NCBI GenBank assembly: GCA_964016885.1
Contig: OZ024740.1
Location: 160,394,001-160,458,000, forward strand
Source of the DNA: Eledone cirrhosa
Lineage: Eukaryota
Direction of reading: 5' to 3'
Length of the DNA stretch: 64,000 nt
Part shown: one piece after another, positions 40,053 to 54,696 of the stretch
Layout: each line of letters starts with the position of its first letter
How positions within the stretch are numbered: the first letter of the stretch is position 1
Notes under the pieces: model-generated
What the model saw: only the letters and a program-made list of their open reading frames with translations
Told to the model about the DNA's origin: nothing
Databases searched by the model: none
Position numbers and translations under genes: made by a program

Positions 40053-41323
40053 CCTGTTCATTTCCCTACCTTTCTGTTTGCCTGTCTGTTTTCCAGTATT
40101 CCTAATTAAATAACTACATAACCTTCCATTCATCCATGCATTTTACCATTCAATTATTTATTTAAACTCAAACGTCATTGCTGATAATTTACAAATTACA
40201 AAAGTAAAAAAAAAAAGAGAACAGCTTCTATAAAGTAGAATCAGTTACCTATGGCATGAAGAGCAGCACTGTGCTTTTAATGTAAATTGCTAATCGGGAA
40301 TCTTTGCTTAATATCTAAGGAATCTGCTTAACATCTAGATGTTAAAAGTACTATCTCTTAAAATCACCAAACCATTTTCTTCTTTCTTGATTTTGTGTAT
40401 TTCTTCAGATCAAAAGAAGCAATAGTGGAACACTCTAATAATGTTTCTCTTCATGTCCAGTTCCTTTTGATTCCAGACAGACGTTTGTACAATTTTGGAA
40501 ATGTTCTTCATGGTCTACATATGACCTATTGCTTAAAGGTGACCAAGTTTTAAATATAACCACCAGAATATACTTAGTGGGGTTAGACATAAACTGATGC
40601 TGAAGATATACAGATTTCAGAATAATCTTTGAAACAGACATTTACTTTTAACTTTGGATGGACAAGTCTTGTTGAGGTGATTGGTTGATGTTGCCCTTGA
40701 TCCTGCCATAACATTTCTCACAAAGGCCACATAGCACCACCTTCCTGCTTCTCAAAGATTAAACAGCCACCCTTTCCTCTTTTCAAACACTAAATATCCA
40801 CCCTTCCTCTTCTCAAAGATCATATAGTTCCACCCTCCCTCAATTGAAATATAAATATCAACCTTCCCTCCTCTTTATGACTAAACATCCTCCCTTACCC
40901 CTTCTCCATTACCACATAGCTCCACCTTCCCTCATCTTTAAGACTAAACATGTATGCATGTCTCTATGTATGTATCTATTTACCTACCTATCTTAAATGA
41001 TGATGATGTTATACATATATCTCCTCTTTTAACTGTTGGTCAGCCCCCCACCCCTTCAGATTACACCCTCAGTCATATTTGCCATGAAAGAACACAGGCA
41101 GTGTGAAATTGAAAGATCTTCTTAGCCTTGCAATGACAAGCTAACCCTCTAGTGTTGTTAACATGACAAGTTGTTGACAATCAAGCAGAAAGGCATAAGA
41201 TAAAGAGGGGCTTTTGATTTTATTGGGAACATCGCAGCCTCTCTTGAGTTAGTGCCATGATAAAATGCTTCTAGTACACTCTGCTGTAAAGCTTTGCTAT
41301 TAGGAGGAAATCCAGCCACATAA

Positions 41324-41875
41324 ATCAAATGCTGTGTGCAGGAGAGGCGGTTGCGCTGGTATGGACATGTGATGCGTGTGAAGGATGACAGCTGCATAAA
41401 AAGGTGCAGAGCACTAGAAATTGATGGAAACCGGGGAGTGGGGAGACCCAAGATGACCTGGGATGAGGTGATAAAAGCTGACCTTACCCAATTACACCTC
41501 TCAAAGACAATGACACACGACCGTGACTTCTGGCATCACGCAGTAATACAGAGTACCCGACCTCCCATGGGTACAAGCTGAAGCATATAAACAATATGCC
41601 CCCACGCCCCCCACTGCAAGGTGGTCGTGGAGGTGTCACGGCAAAAAAGCACCCAGCCCACACTGTAAAGTGGACGTGTAGGCGCCACGAAACAGCACCC
41701 AGCACTCACTGTAAATGAGGTTGGTGTTAGGAAGGGCATCCAGCAGTAGATATCAAGCCAGATCAGTTCCTGTATGAGCAAGGCATGGTCAGCCGACCAG
41801 ACACTGCACACAACAGGACAACCCGTCTAACCCATGCTAGCGTGGAAGAATGGACGTAAAATGGTGATGATGATA
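41324..41875 (+). mobile_element. RTE family A 3' fragment
   Basis: Matches 32132-32680. Confidence 0.92.
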
Positions 41876-42403
41876 AATCAGGCCAAAATTAGTAGTAACT
41901 GTAAATATGAATCAACACAGAGCCAAATGAATCCTCCAATCTACACCTGCATGGAAGGTGGGCATAAACATTTATATATATATATATGTATATCAATCTG
42001 ATGTCAGCTTGATAATGAATTGCGCTCCTGCTTAATGGTTCTTTTTTAGGCTTAGTTGTAGTTCAGGAGATATTCAGAAAAGGGTGCAGCACAGCTAATT
42101 GCACAATGAGGTCATAGTCACTGCAGATAATAAGGATTTTTTATTATAAAGAAATTACACATGATGATGGCTGCAGCGTAATAGCGTCTGTCTTCATCAT
42201 AATAATGGCTGGCATGGGTTTGTAGTTAGTTTATGGAGAAAGTGGGGTGTGGATGAATGTTTGGTTTAACAGGAAATAGGGATTGTGTGGGGAAAAACAT
42301 GCAGCTTTTTGCTTGTCTTTAAAAGGTATGGTGTGAGATCAAGTATAGGTGTTTGCTTTATATCTGACATGACTTGAGGTTGGCATTGATATCCTGTGTT
42401 ATA

Positions 42404-43801
42404 GACTATAAAAAATTCAATATAGAAAGGACTAGAAAACTATTGCACAAAACATTCAAAAACTTTAACCTTAGTATTACCATGGACAAAAACACCAAAA
42501 ACGTCAACTTCCTAGACGCCACACTCTACTTAGACTCAATGATATATGCACCTTTCCACAAACCTAATGAAAAACTCATCTACGTAGATACCAAGTCTAA
42601 CCACCCTAAATCTATATTGAACTCTATCTCTAAGGGAGTATCTAATAGAATCTCTAATCTATCCTATGACATAAACACATTTAACAATAACTCGCAGTAT
42701 TATAATCAGGCATTAGCTAGATCAGGCCATAATACAGGGATAGAGTTCCTACCTACAAAAACACATAGCTACAACATCATTTCACACAACATGTCGATGG
42801 GAAAATTTAATAATAGGAATAGCAACTGCACACACACTAATAGGGATTGTAACAACAGGAGTAACCCGCACCACAGAAATGACCATAGGGACATTAAAGG
42901 AAACAAATCACCAGACATAAAAAACAGAAATAGAAGAAGAAATAATACATTTTTCAACCCTCCTTTCAATTTAAACGTCTCTACCAACCTTCCTAGGGCT
43001 TTCTTCTCACTACTAGATAAACACTTCCCATCCGGCCACAGGTACCACGGCCTTTTAAACAAAAACACTATTAAGATCTCATACTCTACTACGCCTAACT
43101 TAGCATACCACATAGCTAGTACAAACAAAAGAAAAATTAATTCTTACTTCCAACAAACTAAATCACAACGGTCGATAAACCTTCTAAATAACATTCAAAA
43201 TAACAGTCAAAGTAACATTATAACAAATAACCGTAATATCAATGGAATTAATAGTAATAACACTAGTGTAAACATTAACGCTGCGTACCACAACCCACAT
43301 AACCATAACCCTATAGCTAACATCCAAACTTCTACACAGCATAGTAACCGGCAGACTAGCACCCAGAGTAATTGTAACTGTAGATCAAGTAGAACCTGCC
43401 CTTTAGATAAAAAATGCTTAACCAAGGATATCGTATACTCATGTACAGTCACAACTAACAGCTCTTCTGAAACATATATAGGCTCCACTTCTAACTGCTT
43501 CAAAACTAGATACAATTCGCACCTCCACTCTTTCAAAAAACACAGTCTAGCCAACTCCACTTCACTATCTAGCTACATACACCATCTAAAAACTAAAAAT
43601 AAAATATATACACTTAAATGGGAAGTGGTAGGTAGTGCAACATCGTACAAACCACCTAATAAATGTTGTAACCTCTGTCTACTAGAGACCCATACTATCA
43701 TCTTCTCTAAACATAATCTCCTTAATAAAAAATCAGAAGTGTTCGCAACTTGCCAACACCGCTTCCGACACTCGTTCCAAAACTTTAAACCCTATATATA
43801 A
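42404..43801 (+). pseudogene. Open but 5'-truncated PLE ORF (RT thumb, Asn-rich linker, GIY-YIG)
   Basis: ORF track 42374-43801; RT catalytic core absent. Confidence 0.8.
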
Positions 43802-45720
43802 TAATGTCAGACTGGAACCGGCACCACCCCTAGCAATTAACATCAGTAACACACCTTACACCTCACATCCACACCCACCTCTATACTCTAAAGATAATAC
43901 TGACAGCATTTTAGTACCACCTACCCTGGGAATACCCCCTTGTACCTCTAATTCTGATATCTCGACCGTGGACTACTTATTCTGCATTGCACAAATATAA
44001 GATTAGTATAAACTGGGGACATGGTACTGGTTGCGATAACATAATCCTGTGCATGGATTCCCACCAAGAGATAGATTGTTGATTAGACAGATAATCGTAT
44101 TGTTATGTGAATATATACTGTAAACGATCAGTTCAATGAATTATGCACGGGAGATACATGAGTTAGGAGCATCTGTGTTGCCTGCAGACCTGACCGGCAC
44201 TTTTTGACGAAAGAACCGGCCACCGGACCACCCAGGTGAACTTACTGGCGATGCAGTCATACTACGACCTGAATCTCGCCGGGAGTCATGTATGATAATA
44301 AGACCATTACTGATAGTGAGACCCATGTAGTTAATTATGTAGTCTGACTCTTCTTATGGATTGGCCGGGTGTGGCACCCCATGTTGGATTGTAGTCATCA
44401 TGATACGAACTCCTTTAGTGCTTGTTACTGGACTCCACTCTAACTTGTGGGTGGGATACCTGATCTATATGTGGGACGTGGGTTTATGTGTTGCTTGGTG
44501 GCCAGACAGGCGCCCTGGTATGAGAGATTTAATCTCCAGATTGTAATCATCTTGATGTGAACTCCTTTAGTACCTATTAATAGACTCCACTCTGGCTTGT
44601 AGATGTGATACTTAATTGATTTATATACGAGACGGGGGTTGTCTATTGCTTGATGACCAGACTAGTGCCTTTATATGAGAAATTGGATCTCCGGACCATA
44701 CCGAAGATTTACTGGAGATTCAGACATGCAATGACCCGGAGCCTACCGGGTGGCATATATAATAGCGGGACCATACCAGGTCCTACTGTTGTATTACATT
44801 TGCATGGAACAGTGACTTGAGAGTCTGACTCCTCTTATAGAACGTTCAGATATGACACCCCTTAATGGATGGTAATCATCCTAATATATACACCCTTGTA
44901 CTTCTTAATGGAAACTCTCTAACCTATAAATGGGTAACATACTCTAGAAATTAGTTATAACTTCATATGATAGGCACGTATTTGAATCACCATTAATGTA
45001 GTTTAGGATAGTAATTTAACTAAGATAACTAGCTAGTTACCTCCCCTTACGCATTAATTCCCCTTAGTCATTCAGACACTTCCGGAATCTGGACAGCATG
45101 ACCTATTAATTAAGAACCGACTGGATACGGTTTATAGCTTGATTATATGCTGAACCACCGCGAATTATACGATAGACAAGTGTTCTCTATATATATTGCG
45201 TCTCATGGATTATGTGAGTGGTGGTGTGAGCGAAGACAGTGGTACGGCTTTGCCTATGATACAATAAGGTTTATAGTATGTGGAAAGTTTTTGATATTTT
45301 GGTGTTTCCCCGCATCCGAGACTATATATCATACAGATGTATGAGAATAAATGACTTAATAATCCAGCCCACATAATAAGATCGATTGCCTGCTTCAACT
45401 GCCTGACCCTGCAAATATCATTCTGACGCACTCTAATCATGTATAAATAAGACACGCGTGCATGCTACACGTGAGACTGTTTCATACACTGACTACTCTA
45501 AACTTTCCTCTTGCTTTATCTTCATAGACTGCCAACGCTTCATGTTTATCTTTATTTTCATTCTTGTTTTTATTTTATTTTTATCCTGTAACCTTTATAT
45601 GTAAATTGCCATGCTATACCATTTGATGAATGTCACCCCACTGTTGATCAATATGCGCATATGTTTTATGTGTCTCTTGGGTTGAAAAGGAGGTCAAGTA
45701 TGTTATAGATCAGTAAATAG

Positions 45721-45769
45721 TTGGTCCGAAGAATCCAAACCTCGGTTTGGAGGAAACAATTGTAAGCAA
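45721..45769 (+). ncRNA. Hammerhead-like motif with CCGAAGA core at PLE 3' end
   Basis: CCGAAGA-A-TCCAAACC/GGTTTGGA-G-GAAA-CAATTG-TA-AGCAA; palindromic ACAATTGT stem III. Confidence 0.65.
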
Positions 45770-45803
45770 ATAAATGACTTAAACTGAACTTTGATTATTG
45801 TAA

Positions 45804-45844
<41 letters not shown>

Positions 45845-46152
45845 GTATATATACATATATGTATATATATATATATATATGTATAAATCATCATCATCAT
45901 CATCATCATCATTTAACGTCTATCTTCCACGCTAGCATGGGTTTAGACGGGATTTGTCCCACTTGAGGCAAGATTGGCTGTCTCCCTCGTATGGGACTGT
46001 CTGGCAGGTTTTCTACAGCTGGATGCCCTTCCTAACACCAACCACGTTTACAGTATAAATATATATATATACATATATATGTATAAATATATATATACAT
46101 ATATGTATAAATATATATATATACATATATATTTATTAAAATAACAGATTAA

Positions 46153-46203
46153 AGTTTAAGCAAAGAATCGCTGCTTTCACCCTTAACGGGATCTTCTGAA
46201 ACT
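46153..46203 (-). ncRNA. CAGAAGA-core hammerhead-like motif as an isolated about 70-bp insert
   Basis: Reverse complement of 18765-18815, flanked by TA tracts. Confidence 0.55.
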
Positions 46204-49200
46204 ATATATACAGAGTGTCCCAAAAATGTATTCACCCTTTGATTAGAATGCTGTTGAAGTGTGTATACATTTTGGGAATATTTGTCATCATTCACTGACT
46301 CTGCCTGTGACAGATGGTACATTAACATAACTTCGCTCCTTCCAATGTTTTCTATTTTTATGAGGCTTCATTTAGTTCGTGTAAATTTAGACTAAACCAT
46401 TTACAGTCTTTGTTTTTTATAATGTACTTTATAGAAACTAGTTTTGCAACTTCTAATAGATCCCCATTTGTGTATGGTTGAGTAGTTAGTTTGTTATGAA
46501 CCTCACAGTATAGTCTTGAAAAGTTGCGATTTTACTAATTATGGTTACAATCCAGTTTACAAATGTGTGTGTGTAGGTGGATGTATATAAAATATATTGC
46601 TGTTGTTACAATAACATGGATATATACACATACATAATATTATAAATATTCCATTTGTTACATGTACAAATTGCCATACATGCCTACAATATTCTTTGAC
46701 ATACAGTACGATATGTAAACAACACTGTTTTATATATCCATATTTAAATGCATATTTACATATGTGACATAATATTATGTGTGTGCATCTATGTACATGT
46801 TTGTATTGTGTGGGTTTGTTTACACTTGCATCTATAAAATGTGCTTACATAAAATTTAATTGCGAGAAGTGAGCAGATATACATGAAGTGACATAAAAGT
46901 ATACATTCAATTTCCCTTTTATATATTTGCATATATTTACATATACACATAGCTCTTCTATATGCATACTTACAAAACATTAATGTCCATAATATTTACA
47001 TATATGCCCAACAAACATGTAAATAATATTTCTACACACACTCACACATAAACAATATTTACATGTATGCCAATGTATTATACAAACTTCTTCATACCTT
47101 TACATACTTTCATCATCCTCATCATTGTTTTTCCATACTTACACATAACATATACACACATATAAATCTATACTTGTATATAATACACACACAATTTACA
47201 TACATGTATATATTATACACACATGCACATAATTTACATACACATATAAAACTACAGCTGTATATTCTACACATACACACACATATAGGCATGCAAAAGT
47301 ACACACAACTTATATACACATACAAACCTACTCCTGTACATTCTATACATGAGAAAACACATTCACATAAACATAGGGAGACACATACATGCATATACAC
47401 AATCATGTGAAGCTCATCATTTTTTAATTTCTTATGATAAAACTAATAAATAAAACATAAATGAGATATAAATAAAAAACTGAATGTAAATTAAGGTCTA
47501 ATTTTCAATAAATATTCAATAATTATTGGAATTTATCAAACGATTGACTGTTTTAGTGCCACACTTCTTCATTCAACCTTCAACAACTGTGTCAAATGCA
47601 TGATTAATTCTGTCTGTGGTGCCAAGAAGAGGAAACTATTTCTCACTGACAGTCTATATGTATATACATTGATAACAGATGCTACTAATGTTAAATGGTG
47701 TTCTCTTAAAGATAATACTTTCAATATTTATCATCATCATCGTAATCATCACAAGCAACAACAGTATAATACATCCGATTTCCATACTGACATGGACTGG
47801 ACAGGCCTTCTCAGTATATGTGAAGTCTGATTTGGAGTTAGTGCTCTCCTTAACATATTGGAGGATCAGAATTCACATGTATTTTCCATTCTTTAGCATG
47901 GTTTCTATAGTTGGATGACTTTCTTAACACCAACTGCTTCATAAGTATACTAGGTGTGCTTTATAATGACACCAACCCTTGGCTGGACTAAAGGGTTCTC
48001 TCAAAATTTCATTCTGTGATTGCTACTTTAGAGAGTGTAGGGGATGCATTTTATTTATTTTAGCACCCGTTACAATAATCATACCATACACACATTCAAA
48101 TAATATGTATGCCAAGGTGGTCAGCTTGGCAGAGTTGTTAGAGAGTTGAATATTTGTAAGGAGTCTTTGAATTCTGAGTCCAAATCCCACCAAGATCCAC
48201 TTTGCTTTCCCTTCTTTCCATTGCTTGTGCACACATTTCTCCTTCTAACTGTCATATCCCAGATGTTCCACTGAATCAAGGAGAGAGGTGAGAGTGTGTC
48301 TTGTGTGTGCTTATGACTGCATGAGCACCTAAAACACTTGGCAAATGCATTGTAACTACTACAAATACATACTCGTTTGTAAGTGATAGCTTTATTTGTT
48401 GATACTTTTTCCAGTTTCTGGTTCACTAGCAATACAGACTCGTTGGTGAGGTGGGACGTTCAACATTGACATGAAGATCAGGGATAACATTAACCAAGAG
48501 GGTGACAAGAAAATTAAACATTGATTTTGTAAGTGGATTGAGTTAGATGTGATCTCTTTTTTCCACCTGTCTGGTAGGTACTGAAGAAATGCATTGTGAA
48601 TGGCCCTTTATATTTTGATATTGTAATCGTTTTCTCAGGAAGAAGGACAGTACCCATGAATATTTATATTTTCAAGGAGGGCCTCTATGATTAGTAGGAA
48701 GGAAGGAGGAAAAGAGAAAAGTGTATTCAAATCAGAGATCTCAGCTGAATGTTTGCAACAGAGTGGACTTTGCTAAAGTCACCCAAAAGTATTAAGCCAG
48801 GCAATACATTAAGCCTTCAACCTTATCAGGCTACCAAGGGATTTTAACTTAGAATGTAAAGAACCAGAATAAGCACTACAACGCATCCCATCTGACACTT
48901 TAACAATTCAACTAATTCTTTGCCTTAGATTCATAATTCATTTATCAATCTTAGAAGGATGATCGCAAGGAACCAGAATATATAGTGGAAAATATTTTAT
49001 CTAATGCTCTAATCCTTCTGCCAATTCATGATGTAAATAACTGGAGATATCTGCCTGAAATGTCAGATCACTTCTTCTTCTTTTGAGTCATCCCTCCATC
49101 GAAGGTGAAGTATTTGTTTGGCTTTTTTTTAATGGTTAGAATATATGTAACTCGTCACACCAACATACTGATAGATTTCTCAATGAACTGGAGCAGTAGT

Positions 49201-50384
49201 GTTACCCCATTGTCGAATTAGTAATTGATCATCTATGAAGCCACTGGTGTTCACAATGTTGAGATCATTTAATTAAACTGATGATTGTTGCATGAGCTAC
49301 TGCTTACTGAGAGACAAGCAGGAATTTTATTGAGGCTTACTCCTTTATACTCGACATGTTCTGCTAGACTATCCTATGATAGCCATATCAGAAGCACTTT
49401 GTATAGGATGTGGCTTTTCACCTCGTAGGTTAGTCAATAACCTGAGTGAGGCTAGGTGCTCAGCTTGAATGAACATATATTGTGCATCATCAGTTCACTG
49501 AGTGGTATGTTGAATACACAGGGGCACAGCAAAATACCATCCAGTGCCAGCGAGGGAAATCTACTACAGCTCTGCATGCTCTTATATTAACATGTACATA
49601 TTTACACACCCACATGTTATATACGAATGTACACACTATTGGATGGCAATTGAGTCACATGAGTTCCTCCGTTCTTTGTCAGGTTTTGTTTTTCATCCTG
49701 TAGGGTGTCCAAAATATCCTTCCTCACCAAGAAAACTTGGTGGGGTTGTTGCTTTAGTCACTGACGACCTGACCATGTGACAGGTTGTAATGAGTTTGTG
49801 GTAATTGATGTATCCTAGTTGGATTGTTTATCAATATAGACGTGAGGGAAAGTCCCTCGTCTATTTACCATTTTTGTAAGTGATAGGATAGGTACTCCGT
49901 AGAATTATAACAAGTAAGTGGGTGTGTGCGTAAACAAGGCAATAACTACGAGAGTTATATTCAACAATGTAAATAATGGTGTTGTTTATTTTGTCTATCA
50001 TGTGTTTATTATTTTACAAATGAAACATACCAATATTTACGTGATCCAGTTGTAGTGAAGGGAACGTATTACAGTTACAAAGGTATTGTGGGGTTTGCTG
50101 TTCCCCTGGCTGTTTATCGTTTCGTGGTACAGAGGCTGTTTGCTGTCTGCTTTCCCGTGGCTGTCTGCTGCTTACCTAGAAAAGAGGTTCTCAACCAGGG
50201 GGGGGGGGAGACAACTAGGCCTGGTCCATTATCCACCAGGGGGCATAAGGTGTCTTACTACAAGTTACATGTTACCAGTAGCACTTGAGTGACCTGACAT
50301 ATCACTTAGTAAATTTTATATATTTTGTTATTTAATAGAACAGACCATCACAAGTTTTCCTAAGACTCTATTGTTTCACTTGGG

Positions 50385-50535
50385 AAGGTATGTGGCTTAG
50401 AGGTTAGAACTTTGGATTCAGAATCACGAGTCTGGAGTTTGTGAGTTCGATTCCTGGACTGGGCAGTGAGTTGTGCCCTTGAGCAAGACAATATATTTCA
50501 TATTGCTCCAGTTCATGCAGTTGGGGAAATGAGTT
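50385..50535 (+). mobile_element. SINE family 2 head
   Basis: TGGCTTAGAGG A box, GTTCGATTCC B box, CCTTGAGCAAGAC domain. Confidence 0.7.
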
Positions 50536-51064
50536 TCTGGTTTCCTCCTGTATTATTCACTGTCAGGTAAGCTTGGGCTAGCCACCCCACTCACTCACAT
50601 CCTATGCTTTCCCTTCTCTAGGAACTAAACAATATCTAAAAAAATCCCTGGTTAAAACATGCTAGCTTGGAACAATGGGAGTAAATCAAAGATATGATGT
50701 TACTGACATCTCACAAAAACTACATATCTTTATATTATCTGAAGAGCTAAATAATTTTCTTCATTATCTATCTACCACAATGTCTGAGAAATACAGATGA
50801 CTATTTATTGACAATATCCCATGTAACTAAGCAACTTGTAATAGAATATATCAATTAATTTCATCGAAGAAGAAGGAACCATAAAAACTGATATGAATAT
50901 TAAATAACTTAACTTGATCACCTTGTCAAGTTCCATCTGCTTTTTCTTCCTTATTGTATTCTTCTTTTCCTGCTGCTGCAGCTGTCACTTCTTCTTCTTC
51001 TTCTACTTCTTCTTCTTCTTCTACTTCTTCTTCTTCTTCTTCTTCTTTGCTACATACAGTTATA

Positions 51065-51217
51065 GCTCATTACATTCTGAGTTCAAATCCCACCAAGGCT
51101 AGCTTTGCCTTTCGTTTTTATGAGGCTGATAAAACAAAGTACCAGTAATGTACTGGATCGATTAATTGACTTTCCCCTTCCGGCTTTATGCCAAAAGAAG
51201 AAACAATTATTATTATT
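51065..51217 (+). mobile_element. SINE family 1 fragment
   Basis: GTTCAAATCCC...AAGTACCAGTAATG...AAACAATTATTATT. Confidence 0.75.
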
Positions 51218-51249
51218 GTTTGACTATTCATCATGACCAAGGCTAACCA

Positions 51250-54200
51250 ATCTTTTCACATCTTTCCTTGTAATTTAGCTACTGATGGTAGTCCAGAACC
51301 TTTCTCAATATATGATCTGTTCCCAGTAGGCATGTCTTCTGGAGCGGTTCAATACCTGGTGCGAAGTCTATCTTCAATAGGTAGTTCTCTAGGTTCTTTG
51401 TTACCATGTCAAAAGTCCCAATCACCAGAGGGACAATGGTGACTGTCTTCACTTCATTCATTTCAAGATCTCATATTTTGAGTCAGTATAAACTTCTACA
51501 TTCTCCTCTTTTCATTCAATTCTGGTGTCAAATGGATATACTACATGAAGATGCAGGTTCCTTCCTTCTTCTTAATTATGACAATATCTTCACCTCCGTC
51601 TGAATTGGGAAATCCCACAAGTGTTTTATTTCATTATTCTCAAGCACTCTCATTTCCTTTGAAACACCATGTTCATAGCTTTGTCACCACTCTTCTGATC
51701 ATATTTCATAATGTTCGCATAACTACCAATGTGCGTGGATTCCACCTTTTTCATGGCTGTGAATGCAGTAAAAATGTGGTTAATTATTTATTTTTCCTCT
51801 CTATATATTCTGCTTTATTGTGTGATTTTGGTAGTTTCTGGTCTAGAGAATTTGATTTTGAGCTGCAACAAAAATAATTCAGTTTCATCTTTCAGTCTGG
51901 AAATTCTCAGTTAATGTTGTAAATCATCTTTGCCTACTTCCAACCTGTCCAATTTTTTCAGGTATTGGCCATGTAGGAATCTTTCTTGCCTTCATTTTAT
52001 CATGGAATTTGATAGCCCTATATTTAGCTAAAGTTTTAACTATTTCACAATTCCTGCTGCTAAATTTCTTTTTTACTTTATAATTACTGCCATTCCAGCC
52101 TTTATTTTGATATACTTGATATCCTGTGTCCTTTCTTTCAGATTGACCATGCACTCTCATTCCTAGAAGATCTTTTCTTTTCTCTTCAACACTTTGGTTA
52201 ATCTCCTCCTTTCCAACCATTCCTACTGCATTTATACCCATATCTTCTGCTGCATATTGCAATAAATATTTATCCCTGTTTGCCAAATATTATGCAAGTG
52301 TTCTCCTTTCACTCCTTATATAATGATCCACACTGATGAGGCTTTTGCCATCATTATTTGTCTTTGCAAATCCCGCCAAGGTTAACTTTGCCTTTCATCC
52401 TTACGGGGTCGATAAAATAAAGTACCAGTAATGCACTGGGTATTTGCTGGCCTTGTGCCTAACGTAGAAACAATTATTCAAATCCCGTCGAGGTTAACTT
52501 TGCCTTTCATCCTTACGGGGCCGATAAAATAAAAAGTACCAGTAATGTACTGGGTAATTGCTGGCCTTGTGCCAAAAAGTAGAAATAATTATTTGTCTTT
52601 GTATTAGTTTATTAATATTTGCTTGAGGGTGTAAAACTCTGTATAATGTCATTAACTTTCTCATCCATCTAATCACAGTAACTGCCCGAATATTAATTGC
52701 AGTGACCAAATTTCTCACATTTAAGTTCGATTTTAAAATCATTTTTACTCTTTTTAAATATAACTCCTTTAACCTTTTCTTTCATTTCTATGTGCAAAAT
52801 ATCATCTAGTTCTAAGATACCAAAATATTTATAGCCACTATCTTCTGATTCTCCCATGGTTGGTTTCTTCCAATGACAGTCATAATTCACTACAGGCTGC
52901 TTTCTTCCCTCTTTCCATGTTGAGTACAGAGCATTTGGAAATCACAAATTCCATACTGATGTCACTGCTCCACAACTGGACTGTTTTAACCAATAAGTTC
53001 ATTTGGTTTTCAGGCTTTCCAAACAGTTTCAGGTCATCCATAAACAGAAGGTGACTTATGAATGGCCTTTGATTTTTACAATGTTAGCCCATTTTTATTT
53101 TTCTGATTATGAGTGTTATAGGTGTCAGTGCTATATCAAATAATTGTTTCTACTTTTGGCACAAGGCCAGCAATTACCCACTGCATTACTGGTACTTTAT
53201 TTTATAGACCCCGTAAGGATGAAAGGCAAAGTTAACTTTTTCGGGATTTGAACTCAGAATGGCAAGGGCCGTAACTCTATGTGTCAAAGCATGACATCCG
53301 ACCCTCTGCCGATAATAACAGTAAGAATGAGACCCCTTGGAAGATACCACTTTTAATTTCTACTTCTCCCAGAAAGACACTGCTTAAGTATAACTTGGTT
53401 TTCCACTCTGGCATATTATTCAGCATTATTTCCTTCCAAAGTGCATTATTGTGGAACAATCTAATCTCTCTGAACTCTTTATTTCTATTTACATATCTTC
53501 TCATCTGGCTTTTCAAGACAATTCTCTATTTCAGCTGTTCTATTACTAAATGGAATCCATGCTTTTGTATTATATATGCCTTGTACAGCGCTTCTTGTTT
53601 AGCCTTTTTACCATTTCTATACTTTACTCTAAAAAAAATTGTAGATCGACTTTCGTCAAATCGGACCGAGGAAACAATGTTTCCATTGGTCTTTCCATTT
53701 GCTAATACTATCTATCGGTCGCAACGTGAAATAAAGTGTCTTGCTCAAGGACATAATGCATCCTGAGTCCAGGAATCGAACTGACAACCTCACGATTGCG
53801 AATCCAGTTCTCTAACCAATCAGCCACATGCCTTTCCTCTAAACCATTGCTCGATTTTACTTAGATTCTGCCTTACCGCTTTATGGTATTTTCAATGCAT
53901 CTTTTCCACCATGGTTCTTTTGCCTTACTCTGCTTAGTGTTCGTCAGTCACATTTGCTCCTCTACAAGCAGTGCAACAGCTAAGATGAGTTTCCTTGTTT
54001 GCATTGTCTTCTTTCTAAATGTGTATGACAGGATTTATATTTTTTGTACCATCAAACATCTTCCTCCTATCTACCCTTCTCATATTCATTGGCATTCTTT
54101 TTTCTGGGGCATTCATCAAGTGACCCATCATCCAAGTAACTCCCTCCTCTTCCATCACCATTGTTATTCTCAGGCATATGAGAGTTCAATGAATAACAAT

Positions 54201-54420
54201 CCTCTTTAGCAGCCCTAACAGTCCCCAGTGGAGACTTCTGATGTCCTTGATTTAGGGCAAACACCCTAATCACCACCATCAGCACAGGATTGGCTACCCA
54301 CAGGGGTGAGCATGAGCTGGAATGACTCGTCCAGTGAAGCTCCCTCACCATCCTCCAGGGAAATGACTTCTCTATTCTATCTGCCAGGGTCGTGGGCAGC
54401 CAGCACGTGGGCCCCCATTT
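51250..54420 (-). mobile_element. Decayed R4/Dong-like RLE non-LTR retrotransposon with nested SINEs (52370-52591, 53142-53318, 53720-53835)
   Basis: Minus-strand peptides IKSGIFQG, ISHLLFMDDLKLF, YKYFGILE and VPLVIGTF..LQKTCLLGTDHILRKVL. Confidence 0.8.
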
Positions 54421-54696
54421 GCTCATAATAGTGAGAGGTGAAGAGAGTGGGAGGGACAGAAGCAGTGGCAGTGGGAGTTTGGTCCCTTTGTGTTCGAACC
54501 TGCTGTATATGTATATGTTTCATAGTAAAAGATTAGAAACTTTCCCTGAAATGTATGAAGGAAAACAACAATAATAGTAGAACCACCATAACCACCACCT
54601 CCCTACTCCTGCTACCTTTTTTATTATCTGCCTTTAACCACTGATGGCCTCGGCTTCTGGTCTAACCTCTAATTATTATTATTATTATTATTTAAG

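Larger units (their letters stand above)
42400..45805 (+). mobile_element. 5'-truncated PLE (second type, possibly Nematis-like) with about 2-kb 3' UTR
   Basis: RT thumb VNFLD..HKPNEKLIYVDTKSNHP; CNCR..CPL..C; YIGSTSNCFKTRYNSH; CNLCLLE; terminal HHR then (TA)n. Confidence 0.88.

Noticed and set aside
40409-40538. Possible host exon after a strong polypyrimidine/AG acceptor
   Set aside because: One open frame, but weak donor, no recognisable peptide and no partner exons.
46210-46278. Tc1/mariner-like TIR hairpin (TACAGAGTGTCCCAAAA)
   Set aside because: Too short and degenerate; no matching terminus or transposase.
54270-54417. HDV-like ribozyme at the 5' end of the R4-like element (minus strand)
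   Set aside because: GC-rich and correctly placed, but I could not assemble a consistent P1/P1.1/P2/P3/L3 fold by eye; needs a covariance-model search.
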